Shown: positions 1-7,618 of the stretch, piece by piece
Layout: the number at the start of each line of letters is the position of its first letter
Numbering within the stretch: position 1 is the stretch's first letter
From: a virus
Taxonomy: Duplodnaviria > Caudoviricetes
DNA length: 25,251 nucleotides
Reading direction: 5' to 3' (one strand)
Virus record (IMG/VR): IMGVR_UViG_3300020151_000454
Coordinates: 1 to 25,251 of that record
Program-made: the position numbers and the translations under genes
Notes under the pieces: generated by a model
What the model was told of the DNA's origin: nothing
The model's database searches: none
Seen by the model: the letters and a program-made list of their open reading frames with translations, nothing else

Positions 1-238
1 AATCAAGGCTTGCGGATAGCGTTCCCTTGGCGTTCACATCCTTGCCGTCCTCCCGACCCGTGAGCAGGTTCTTTTGTGCAAGTTTGATAATATTCTTCAA
101 CCAATCAATCAGCACCTGTTGCCGTGGGTCAACGCCTCCACCTTTCGAGCCTACGGTTATACCAAGGGATTGAAGGTCGGCGATGTTGACTTCCTTCAAA
201 CTACCGCTTCCGAACTTGGCAAGTACTTTGGTTTCCAT
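1..238 (-). CDS. Putative tail completion/neck protein (HK97 gp10-like), 5' part only
   Basis: Manually translated ORF missing from the track: METKVLAKFGSG...DVNAKGTLSASLD, running off the window. The NAKGTLSASL motif resembles gp10-like proteins. ACATTTA motif lies 5 nt upstream. Confidence 0.5.
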   Translation of the reverse strand, partial: METKVLAKFGSGSLKEVNIADLQSLGITVGSKGGGVDPRQQVLIDWLKNIIKLAQKNLLTGREDGKDVNAKGTLSASLD

Positions 239-270
239 GCTGGTAAATGTCCAGCCACCGAAATTGTGTC

Positions 271-534
271 CTACCGCCTCCGCATCCGCTCTGCCTCTTG
301 CCTTTCGGCTTCCAAGATGTCGTGGATGAGCAGCGCATAGTTCAGGAACTCCACCGCCTTCATTGCGAAGATGGCCTCAAATTTCAGCACATCCTTGTTA
401 GCCATTCGCCATACTACCATCAGCCAACCGTACCCAGCAAGCGGGTTGGTTACTGGCCCTGCATCCCCTTCGTCAGGTGCTTGGAATAGTCGCTCAAAAC
501 TTTCAAGTAACTTTCTGAACTTAGCAAAAAAAAA
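271..534 (-). CDS. Tail assembly chaperone T-extension (-1 frameshift product)
   Basis: No good independent start. Entered by a -1 shift at a T9 run (526-534) from ORF 450-1016: FFFAKFRKLL...AERMRRR. Confidence 0.65.
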   Translation of the reverse strand, partial: FFFAKFRKLLESFERLFQAPDEGDAGPVTNPLAGYGWLMVVWRMANKDVLKFEAIFAMKAVEFLNYALLIHDILEAERQEAERMRRR

Positions 535-1016
535 CTGACCACCCCCCAAACATCACCAATCTTGGCGTTTGCTTTGAGCAGTTCGGCCCGCTCTTGGTGC
601 GAAGCCCCGTCGTATTTCTTGGGGAAGTGGCCGAGGAAGCCGCCCTCCCTGCAAAGGGTCGCCATTATCCGGTGCAGGTTTTGGACCAACTTCTTCTCGT
701 CCGTGGTGTCGGTGTCCATGAGGTCTATCAGTTGGCCAGCGGTCAACTCATCCGTGAACACGGTGGGAATCCACCACTTGCCACCCGCTTTGAACCGCCT
801 GCGATATGCCAATGTAGGCAGTTCGTTCCACTCTGCGATGATGGTCTTGTAACGCTTAGTAAGCCCCTTGGCGGGCATATCTCGGACGATCGATACATCC
901 ACCCCCTCAACGATCGCCACGACCCCTGCACGCTTGTCGTAGTCCGTGAGGACGGGCGAGAACTCCAGCGCAGCGATGCGTTGAAATTGGTCGATGGTGA
1001 GGTCTTGGAGTTTCAT
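450..1016 (-). CDS. Putative tail assembly chaperone (G protein)
   Basis: 188 aa with VSFFL near the C-terminus over a slippery T9 run, and an overlapping -1 ORF; classic G/GT layout. Confidence 0.65.
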   Translation of the reverse strand: MKLQDLTIDQFQRIAALEFSPVLTDYDKRAGVVAIVEGVDVSIVRDMPAKGLTKRYKTIIAEWNELPTLAYRRRFKAGGKWWIPTVFTDELTAGQLIDLMDTDTTDEKKLVQNLHRIMATLCREGGFLGHFPKKYDGASHQERAELLKANAKIGDVWGVVSFFLLSSESYLKVLSDYSKHLTKGMQGQ

Positions 1017-1558
1017 AACTTAACGAGCCAACTGGTATCCGTGAAAAAGTGGTCGGGTTCATCAAGGCAGTCCCGAACCGCTTGCAATACTTCGGGCATG
1101 TACGAATCGTGGCCCGCTATAAACCCGCCCTGCTTGACCTTGTTCTTCCAAGCGTTGATGTCCTCCACCACCGAAGCGTAGGCGTGGTCAGCGTCCACAT
1201 ACACGAAGTCAAGCGAATGGTCCGCATATTGCTGGGCCGCTTGGACGCTGGGCAACTTGACCTTGGCGATGTTCGGGTAATCGGGGAGCATAGCGTCAAA
1301 TATCATCTCGCCTTGGCTGACTACACCCCCTCCAAACCAATGGTCAACGCAATCCAACCGCCCACAATGCAGGGAAAGAACCCTGCTACTAACCCCCGAA
1401 AAACTACCAACCTCAACGCCGTGGTCAGTCGGCTTGATGTACTTCTCGCACAAATCAACGAGGCCATCAATGCGGTTGTTGCCGTTCAAGTAGTCAAGAG
1501 GCAAAAAAAACATTCTTGGAACCAACCGCAAGGCGGCAATCTTTTCTTCAAGTTTCAT
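1013..1558 (-). CDS. Class I SAM-dependent methyltransferase (Methyltransf_24-like)
   Basis: Motifs VEVGSFSGVS, DFVYVDADHAYASVVEDI, VKQGGFIAGHD. Confidence 0.85.
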   Translation of the reverse strand: MKLEEKIAALRLVPRMFFLPLDYLNGNNRIDGLVDLCEKYIKPTDHGVEVGSFSGVSSRVLSLHCGRLDCVDHWFGGGVVSQGEMIFDAMLPDYPNIAKVKLPSVQAAQQYADHSLDFVYVDADHAYASVVEDINAWKNKVKQGGFIAGHDSYMPEVLQAVRDCLDEPDHFFTDTSWLVKL

Positions 1559-2289
1559 CGTCTAAAAATTTGTTTGATGTCCATGCTCACATTTGCGTAG
1601 TTATTGGTCAAGTGGTAAACCTTGCATTGATCCGCAAGTTCGCCCTGTTCGGTCATCTCCAGCATGGGGGCAAATCCCAAAGACCAAATCGGCAGGGAGG
1701 CCATTGATTCACGATAGAGGTCCGTATTGGCTATCATCTGCAACGCTTGCGGGTTGCGGCTCAACACCTCGGCGAGCCGCTTGGTGCTGAACATCCAAAA
1801 GGCGTGGTAATTATTGCAAAACGGCAGGCTTGCGTAGGTCTTCCCGTTCCACTCCCTCCACATATTCGGTGTCAAATTGAATGAGATGTCGGGGCTAAAT
1901 TCGCCTTCCCTATTCGGGTAGGTTTCAATCCGAGTGAAGGACGGGTACAAGTTGTCCTCAAACATCGCATCGAACTGCTTGGTGAAATTGACGAACCCTT
2001 CCTTGGGGAGCATCATGTCATCCTCAAAGTAAGCCACCCAGTCAAAGTGCTGGTACACCTCTGCAATCCTGTAGCGGTGCTTGCTCGTCAGTTCCCAAGG
2101 GTGTCCCATCGCCGTGTGAGCGTGGAAGGTAACGGGAAGGTGTGCGAGTTCTTGGGCCGCTTGGGGGTCGTTGGTGTCCACAAAGATTTCAGCCTGCACG
2201 GGGTAGGACTTGATGGCTTCAATGACCTTAATCAAATTCTCCACCCTGTTCGGATGGTGGTGGTATGCGATGTTGGCGAGTAGTTTCAT
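1555..2289 (-). CDS. Putative GT-A fold glycosyltransferase
   Basis: N-terminal beta-alpha layout and YQHFDWVAYFEDDM (DxD-like) motif; adjacent to the methyltransferase. Confidence 0.55.
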   Translation of the reverse strand: MKLLANIAYHHHPNRVENLIKVIEAIKSYPVQAEIFVDTNDPQAAQELAHLPVTFHAHTAMGHPWELTSKHRYRIAEVYQHFDWVAYFEDDMMLPKEGFVNFTKQFDAMFEDNLYPSFTRIETYPNREGEFSPDISFNLTPNMWREWNGKTYASLPFCNNYHAFWMFSTKRLAEVLSRNPQALQMIANTDLYRESMASLPIWSLGFAPMLEMTEQGELADQCKVYHLTNNYANVSMDIKQIFRR

Positions 2290-2291
2290 TG

Positions 2292-2951
2292 CTAAAAAGT
2301 TGTGACGAATTTATCAGGCGATGGCCAACCTGGGTTGGGGTCGTACACGGTCATTCCTTCCCGCTTCCCTATCCAATGCTCTGCCTGCCAGCGGTGTTCC
2401 CGAACTGGTTCTCCGAGTTCACGAATGTGGGACGACTTGGCCCACCAAAAGTTGCCTGCGAAGTAGGGATATCCGTCGGGGTTGTTGTGGTCCCTGATTT
2501 CGGGGAATTGCTCGGTACAAAGCCAATGGCATCCAACCGCATCCACTTTCTCCAGTTCCACAAGGGTGCGTTCCCATGCTACTATATTGAAGAATATCAT
2601 GGACCTGCACCACATCTGCTTGACCAGCGATGGGTCGCTGCCGCCCTTGGTGTGAGCGTACAGGTAGGCCGCATCCTCGGTTTGGCTCGCCTTGTACATC
2701 TCGGTGAGGGTTGCTTGCTCCCAAGCGTTGGTTCGGGTGACTACCACCTTAATCTTTGCCGCCACGAGCGAGTTGTCCAGTATCTCCTTGACCAACTTCC
2801 GCTGCTCTGGTGGGCCGACGATGCCGACACGGATTTCGTCCAGTTGTTCTATCAGCCCGTAATTGCAGAGGGCCATCATGTGTTGGTGCATGATCAACTG
2901 CCATTGCCCGCCTCCGCCGCAATAGATGTGGTAGTAGTGGATGAGTTTCAT
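2292..2951 (-). CDS. Putative glycosyltransferase-like protein (HTKG family)
   Basis: YLYAHTKG, FAGNFWWAKS and AEHWIG motifs, as in phage/giant-virus glycan-synthesis-associated proteins; assignment is an inference. Confidence 0.45.
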   Translation of the reverse strand: MKLIHYYHIYCGGGGQWQLIMHQHMMALCNYGLIEQLDEIRVGIVGPPEQRKLVKEILDNSLVAAKIKVVVTRTNAWEQATLTEMYKASQTEDAAYLYAHTKGGSDPSLVKQMWCRSMIFFNIVAWERTLVELEKVDAVGCHWLCTEQFPEIRDHNNPDGYPYFAGNFWWAKSSHIRELGEPVREHRWQAEHWIGKREGMTVYDPNPGWPSPDKFVTTF

Positions 2952-3190
2952 GGCTCTATGGTTTGGTTTCCTTGTATTTTGTCACGCATCCATTGTGCGC
3001 CATAAACGAAGGACGGAAGGAATGTACATTGACCTTTTCCTGCTTCGTGAATTTCCTCGTCCGTTGGCAGTTCAATGGGTTTAGTAGGCATTTCATCTCG
3101 CGCTACTCGAAAAGTAATTTCTGCGTTATTTTGGTAATTTCTACCACATTCAAAAAAATACTTTATTTGTTCTTCTGTGTATAGTTTCAT
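2948..3190 (-). CDS. Hypothetical protein, MKLYTEEQ family (copy 1)
   Basis: ATGA-coupled, AT-rich, paralogous to 7112-7348. Confidence 0.7.
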   Translation of the reverse strand: MKLYTEEQIKYFFECGRNYQNNAEITFRVARDEMPTKPIELPTDEEIHEAGKGQCTFLPSFVYGAQWMRDKIQGNQTIEP

Positions 3191-3285
3191 TGCATGAGGA
3201 GGGTTAAGATGCAGCCGATAAACACCAAGGCCAGTACGACCCGACCGACGGCCAAGGCGAGGTCAAGGAGGGATTCGAGGTTCAT
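3187..3285 (-). CDS. Small membrane peptide (32 aa)
   Basis: MNLESLLDLALAVGRVVLALVFIGCILTLLMQ; single hydrophobic helix; fills the gap after terL; stop overlaps the next ATG. Confidence 0.55.
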   Translation of the reverse strand: MNLESLLDLALAVGRVVLALVFIGCILTLLMQ

Positions 3286-3295
3286 GGGGGTAAAG

Positions 3296-4474
3296 TTACA
3301 CCACCAAGTACTTCCCCGAGTTACTGACGGCCAATTTGTTGAGGGCCACATAGCGCAGGGCATCGCAGGCGTGGTTGTAGGAATCAATCGGCACCCCCGT
3401 GTCCTTGCCGTCCTTGTCGGTGGCCCAAGTGTACGAGCGGAGTTCTTTGATGAGGTTGACCGAATCCTTGGTCACATGGAGGTTGAATCGCTTGACCACA
3501 TCTATCCCCTGCCTTACGCTATCGGGTCCCTTGCTCGCTGGCTTGATGTTGAACCCCAGCCGATAGATTTCCTCAATGCTCTTCGGTTCTGCTGAATCGG
3601 CCACAATCTCCCAAGCCCTTGTAATGCCGAACTCTTTCAGTCTTGTGGCGATGTCGGAGTTGGTCAGTCCACGGTGGTAGAGCAGTTCGTGGATGAAGAG
3701 GTCATCACCCCTGCGGTACACGGCGACCAAGGCGGTTGGGTCCGTGCTGAACCCCCAGTCAAGCCCGTAGGCTACGAACTTCATCGTGGATGGGTCTATA
3801 CCCTCAACCACCGTGTAATCCCCGTATATCGCCCCTTGGAGCGTCCCGACTTGACCCAACCCGTACACCTTCCACCAGTTCGCCCAATAAGCCGAATGCT
3901 CCGCTTTGGCTCGGTTTAGTTCGATGTCGTTGCGGATGGTGTCGGGCAGGGCTTCGTTGTCTTGGTAGGTCAGGATGAGGAACTCTGCATCCTTTTCGGG
4001 CAAGACCTCGGTATGCGCCCAAAATTCGTGGGTTGGGTTGAAGTCAATGTAAATCTCCTGACTTGTCCGGATGGCCAACTGGTAGTACGAATCAAAATCA
4101 ATGTTGTTCGCCTCGTTGATGTAGAGAACCTGCCTCCTTGCCCCTCGGAGCCGTGCTTCCGAATCAGCCGAAAAGAACTCAATCGTGGACCCGTTGGCGA
4201 AGTTGTACTGCAGGAGGGTCTTGTTCCAGCGATCGGGAACCCACCTGTGGGTCCATTGCATAATCTTGGCAAAGTCCTTGATGGCTCCCCTCCGTAGGTG
4301 AGGGACGGATTCGGACACCACGGAAATCTCCGACTTGGGGAACCGAGCGGCGTGGTCAATCAGCACCGCAAGGATGCCGAAGGTTTTCGACGCACTTGTC
4401 CCGCCTTGTATCACCTTCTTCCGAGCGGTCATCGCCCGAATTTTCTTGATAGCGGTGGTGTACTTAAAGTCCAT
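3296..4474 (-). CDS. terL: Terminase large subunit (PBSX/Terminase_3 type)
   Basis: Walker A QGGTSASKT, Walker B LYINEA, coupling motif DFNP, nuclease motifs GLDWGF and NHACDALRY; start refined to MDFKY. Confidence 0.95.
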   Translation of the reverse strand: MDFKYTTAIKKIRAMTARKKVIQGGTSASKTFGILAVLIDHAARFPKSEISVVSESVPHLRRGAIKDFAKIMQWTHRWVPDRWNKTLLQYNFANGSTIEFFSADSEARLRGARRQVLYINEANNIDFDSYYQLAIRTSQEIYIDFNPTHEFWAHTEVLPEKDAEFLILTYQDNEALPDTIRNDIELNRAKAEHSAYWANWWKVYGLGQVGTLQGAIYGDYTVVEGIDPSTMKFVAYGLDWGFSTDPTALVAVYRRGDDLFIHELLYHRGLTNSDIATRLKEFGITRAWEIVADSAEPKSIEEIYRLGFNIKPASKGPDSVRQGIDVVKRFNLHVTKDSVNLIKELRSYTWATDKDGKDTGVPIDSYNHACDALRYVALNKLAVSNSGKYLVV

Positions 4475-4880
4475 CCCCGAAGAGGGGTTGCTCAATGGTT
4501 ACGCTGGTCTCCTGTTTTTCCACCAACCCGTTCAACCGCTGGGTGATGGAGGGGTTGTAGATGCCCGCCATGCCTCCCTTGATTTGGTCGGCTCGGATGG
4601 CTTCCTTTATGCGCTGGCAGATTGCGGTAAATTCTTCGTATGCTCCCCCTTTGTTGTTAAAATAGTCCCTCCCCCCATCAGCAATACCCTTGTCCCAAAG
4701 GTGCAATTTAAACCCCTCCATGGTCAATGGGGCTTCTTTTTCCCGAAAGACCTCCACGGCTTTGGGGCCAATCCAATCTTTTACAAGGATGGGTTGCTTC
4801 TTTGTATTGACGCAATACTCGCTGAAATCTTCCCAAAGTTCTTGGGGGGTCGCAAATACCCGTGGCCTTCCTGCTCCCAT
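4464..4880 (-). CDS. terS: Terminase small subunit (P22 gp3-like DNA-packaging protein)
   Basis: GRPRVFATPQELW, PLTMEGF and AGIYNPSITQRLNGL; immediately upstream of terL. Confidence 0.85.
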   Translation of the reverse strand: MGAGRPRVFATPQELWEDFSEYCVNTKKQPILVKDWIGPKAVEVFREKEAPLTMEGFKLHLWDKGIADGGRDYFNNKGGAYEEFTAICQRIKEAIRADQIKGGMAGIYNPSITQRLNGLVEKQETSVTIEQPLFGDGL

Positions 4881-5020
4881 CAGTATTCTATTTTGTCAAT
4901 CAGTTCGTCAATCTTGTCCACGATTTTCATCTTCACAGCAAAGGCGTTCGGCGAGTTGGAATCCTCCACCGCTCCGATGCAGTCGCAGAGGGTCGTGATG
5001 ACCATCATCAGCGAATCCAT
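4880..5020 (-). CDS. Small hypothetical protein (start uncertain: ATG 5020 or ACG 5056)
   Basis: MDSLMMVITTLCDC...KIDELIDKIEY; amphipathic C-terminus; stop abuts the terS start. Confidence 0.55.
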   Translation of the reverse strand: MDSLMMVITTLCDCIGAVEDSNSPNAFAVKMKIVDKIDELIDKIEY

Positions 5021-5045
5021 GCGGGCTTGGACTTGCGCTTCGGGG

Positions 5046-5393
5046 TCAGCCTTCGTTGAGTTCGCCAAGTTCTCGGAGTTTATTCCTGCTCCAGCCAAGG
5101 GCCGCTTTGCCACCCCAAAGGAGGTAACTGATGTAGCCGCAGTCGCTGGTGGAATCAGCGTTGTCGTAATAGGTTTCTGCACGGGATAGATAGGAGTGCA
5201 TCCGTTTAATCGTGGAAAGCGATACCCCCTCACCGTTGGCGAGTTGCTGCGCCCTGACCTTACCCGTCTGCGTGGCGCACTTGTTGCCGTTGCGTTCGTT
5301 GAGTTCAATCCCCCGCTTGGCGTTGTTGCGTACCCCTTCGCCATAGTCGGCATAGGTTTGGAACTGGTCACGGGTTGGGGTTGTTGAGGGCAT
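5046..5393 (-). CDS. Conserved phage hypothetical protein
   Basis: GKVRAQQLA...IKRMHSYLSR...YLLWGG pattern, recalled from phage head-morphogenesis-linked proteins; function unknown. Confidence 0.7.
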   Translation of the reverse strand: MPSTTPTRDQFQTYADYGEGVRNNAKRGIELNERNGNKCATQTGKVRAQQLANGEGVSLSTIKRMHSYLSRAETYYDNADSTSDCGYISYLLWGGKAALGWSRNKLRELGELNEG

Positions 5394-5628
5394 GGGTAAC
5401 GGTCTGCTGGTTGGCTTGGGCGAATAAGTCCGCCTCTTGGTAAATGTATTGGAGAGCGGATTTTACGCAGTCAGCGCACCACCAATTTGTATTGGGTCGT
5501 CCGTGGGCGACGAGGATGGTCTGCAAATCATGGACCGCTTCGGGGGACAACCGCATGAACAAGGCCGCTTGGTACTGCTCCCAATAGTGGCGGTGCTTGG
5601 TTGCAAGAATGAACTCGTCTTGGGTCAT
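5368..5628 (-). CDS. Hypothetical protein with CxxC
   Basis: Start refined to MTQDEF (ATGA overlap); WWCADCVK motif. Confidence 0.7.
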   Translation of the reverse strand: MTQDEFILATKHRHYWEQYQAALFMRLSPEAVHDLQTILVAHGRPNTNWWCADCVKSALQYIYQEADLFAQANQQTVTHALNNPNP

Positions 5629-5876
5629 CGGTTGGTCAGTTGCAGGATGACAACGGTTAACCCCGCCGATGCGAGGCCGTAAACAGGGGCAAGGACCCAA
5701 CCGCAGGTGGGGAGGGTCAGGGCCACCGCCACCCAAAAAGTGAGGCAGGTCACGCAACTGAACGGCTTGTGCCTTGCGAACCAGGTGCTATACCAAGCCT
5801 GCGGCAGGACATGGTATTCCGCAATGGCAAGGGCGGTCAGCGAACTAATCAGCAGGGGAAATATCAGCGTGTCCAT
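5625..5876 (-). CDS. DUF1360-like membrane protein
   Basis: Start refined to MDTLIF; hydrophobic segments; KPFSCVTCLTFW motif. Confidence 0.65.
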   Translation of the reverse strand: MDTLIFPLLISSLTALAIAEYHVLPQAWYSTWFARHKPFSCVTCLTFWVAVALTLPTCGWVLAPVYGLASAGLTVVILQLTNR

Positions 5877-6396
5877 GGTTTTGTATTGCGGCCTTGATTT
5901 TGGCCTTGGCTTGGTCGATTGAGTAAATGATGCTGCGGTACGGAATACCCGTGTCACGGGATAATTTCTTCATGTTCCCCGTCCGGAGGTGGAGGCGGAG
6001 CAGTTCCTTGTCATAGGGGAAAGCCCCGTCCTTAGCCCAAGTGTCCATTTCCGCTTCGGCGATGGCCCACAGGTCGTCCATGAGGGAATCATATTCCGCT
6101 TGGGGGATGGGGGAATCGGGGTCCAGTTCTTCGAGCAAGTCGTGGTGGCGGTACTTTTGGGCAAATTGGTTGTTCTTGCCTCGGTACAAGTTGAGCAGCA
6201 ACCGAACCACATAGAACTTAAAATACCCCTGCGAGTGGATTTGCATAATCTTGGCGGGGTCTTTTTCCAGCAGGATAAGGACGCACTCCTGCTCCAAGTC
6301 CCTCCAAAGCGGGTCGCCTCCTGTAATCGTTAGGCAGGCTTTTCGGATTTCGCCCGTGCGATAGAGGTCGAGGATGATGGTGTCTGCGGATGCCAT
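5845..6396 (-). CDS. Phage RNA polymerase sigma-70/ECF-like factor
   Basis: Region 2-like DLEQECVLILLEK...FKFYVVR and region 4 HTH MKKLSRDTGIPYRSIIYSI; start MASAD lies 3 nt after AATCTTTG. Confidence 0.75.
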   Translation of the reverse strand: MASADTIILDLYRTGEIRKACLTITGGDPLWRDLEQECVLILLEKDPAKIMQIHSQGYFKFYVVRLLLNLYRGKNNQFAQKYRHHDLLEELDPDSPIPQAEYDSLMDDLWAIAEAEMDTWAKDGAFPYDKELLRLHLRTGNMKKLSRDTGIPYRSIIYSIDQAKAKIKAAIQNHGHADISPAD

Positions 6397-6399
6397 GCA

Positions 6400-6407
6400 C
6401 AAAGATT
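6400..6407 (-). promoter_or_regulatory. Bacteroidota-type -7 box variant (AATCTTTG), leaderless start of the sigma gene
   Basis: 7/8 match to TAnnTTTG, 3 nt before the ATG, directly after a terminator U-tract. Confidence 0.5.
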
Positions 6408-6409
6408 GC

Positions 6410-6441
6410 AAAAAAAAGGGGGATGCAGTTAAGCACCCCCC
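6410..6441 (-). terminator. Intrinsic terminator
   Basis: GGGGGGTGC-TTAACT-GCATCCCCC followed by T8. Confidence 0.85.
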
Positions 6442-6464
6442 AATGGCAGGCAGGCGGTTTGGCC

Positions 6465-6815
6465 CTATTCTTTGCTCGGAAGTTGCAGAGTATCAGTAAT
6501 ATAAGCCCCCTCGGCGGTCTGCAAATACTCTTGGGCGTTGTTGAAAACTTGCCTGCGAAGGTAACGGAGTTGGGGCTTCGCCTTGCAGTCGTTGTGGAAG
6601 GATTCCAAGTTTATAATAATTGTGCTATAGTGGCGGTTGAGTTCCTTCCCGATAGCCATGAAGGTGAATAGGTACTCATTGTATGCGATGTCGGCCACGA
6701 TGTTCCGAGCGATTACGCAGGGCCGTTCCCGTGACGGGGACCGCACCTGTTCGGGGGTGATGCCGAATATCGCTGCCGTGGTGTCAACGAGGTGGTGGAT
6801 GAGGGCTGGGGTCAT
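6465..6815 (-). CDS. DnaA C-terminal (domain IV-like) HTH protein
   Basis: FGITPEQVRSPSRERPCVIARNI...MAIGKELNRHYSTII matches the Bac_DnaA_C pattern. Confidence 0.8.
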   Translation of the reverse strand: MTPALIHHLVDTTAAIFGITPEQVRSPSRERPCVIARNIVADIAYNEYLFTFMAIGKELNRHYSTIIINLESFHNDCKAKPQLRYLRRQVFNNAQEYLQTAEGAYITDTLQLPSKE

Positions 6816-6818
6816 GGC

Positions 6819-7115
6819 TTAAACGATTTCGGGGATGGGCATCCAGTAGGTGACTTCGCTGGTAAACCAAGTGTAGTTCTCGGAGTGCCACATATTGTTG
6901 CTTACAGAATACCAAGCGACGATTTGCCGTCCTAACACATCGGTAATCAGCACGGGTTCGCCATCCTTGGGCATTTGGTCTTGGGGTCTTATCCAGGACT
7001 TGCGTGATGCGGCATACTCATCCATTGCCTTAATTAACCATTCTCGGTCAACTTGGTGGAAGTGCATTTCGTTCGCATCCTCGTGTTCTTTAAGGATTTG
7101 GTCTGCGGTTTTCAT
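6819..7115 (-). CDS. DUF551 domain protein
   Basis: WIRPQDQMPKDGEPVLI...VTYWMPIPE. Confidence 0.8.
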   Translation of the reverse strand: MKTADQILKEHEDANEMHFHQVDREWLIKAMDEYAASRKSWIRPQDQMPKDGEPVLITDVLGRQIVAWYSVSNNMWHSENYTWFTSEVTYWMPIPEIV

Positions 7116-7348
7116 TGGTTGGTGGTTGTTTTTTCTTGTATCTTATAACGCATCCATTTTACGCCTGATTCAAACCCCGTGTCAAATTCCAAGCTACATA
7201 CACTATCTTCTATTTTTTTTTCCACATCATCATCACTTGGCAGTTCAATGGTGGTTAACGTTCCTATAAATTGAGTATCACTCATTCTATGATGACCTCT
7301 TGCAAAATCCATTGCTTGCCTTACTTGTTCTTCTGTGTATAGTTTCAT
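7112..7348 (-). CDS. Hypothetical protein, MKLYTEEQ family (copy 2)
   Basis: Paralog of 2948-3190; AT-rich. Confidence 0.7.
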   Translation of the reverse strand: MKLYTEEQVRQAMDFARGHHRMSDTQFIGTLTTIELPSDDDVEKKIEDSVCSLEFDTGFESGVKWMRYKIQEKTTTNQ

Positions 7349-7429
7349 TCGTTCGGGGGTTTAGGTGGGCATATATTCTTCAAAATCCTTTTTTGCTTTT
7401 TCCATCTTTTAGGGGGTTGTGGTTTATGG

Positions 7430-7582
7430 TCAGGCGTTTTTGGCTTGAAGGATTCTACCGAGCAGGGTCCAGTTCACGGACCAAGGCTTGATGGTTTCGG
7501 AGCGGTCGGGCTTGCTGCAAGACACGCACTCCTTGCGGATGTGAATCTGCCATCGGCGAAAATCGGTGGGGGTTGGTTTCAT
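7430..7582 (-). CDS. Small hypothetical protein (50 aa)
   Basis: Start refined to MKPTPTDF, after an A/C-rich leader and a TATGTTTG box; CxxC motif. Confidence 0.6.
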   Translation of the reverse strand: MKPTPTDFRRWQIHIRKECVSCSKPDRSETIKPWSVNWTLLGRILQAKNA

Positions 7583-7602
7583 TGAGTTTGGTTTAGGTTC
7601 AG

Positions 7603-7610
7603 CAAACATA
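7603..7610 (-). promoter_or_regulatory. Bacteroidota -7 promoter box (TATGTTTG)
   Basis: Exact TAnnTTTG, intergenic, 20 nt before the ATG. Confidence 0.65.
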
Positions 7611-7618
7611 TACACAAC

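Noticed and set aside
1503-1510. T8 run in the methyltransferase as a frameshift site
   Set aside because: The gene is intact in one frame and no alternative product is evident.
3064-7349. Diversity-generating retroelement (TR/VR) from the MKLYTEEQ repeats
   Set aside because: No reverse transcriptase in the window, and the differences are not adenine-specific.
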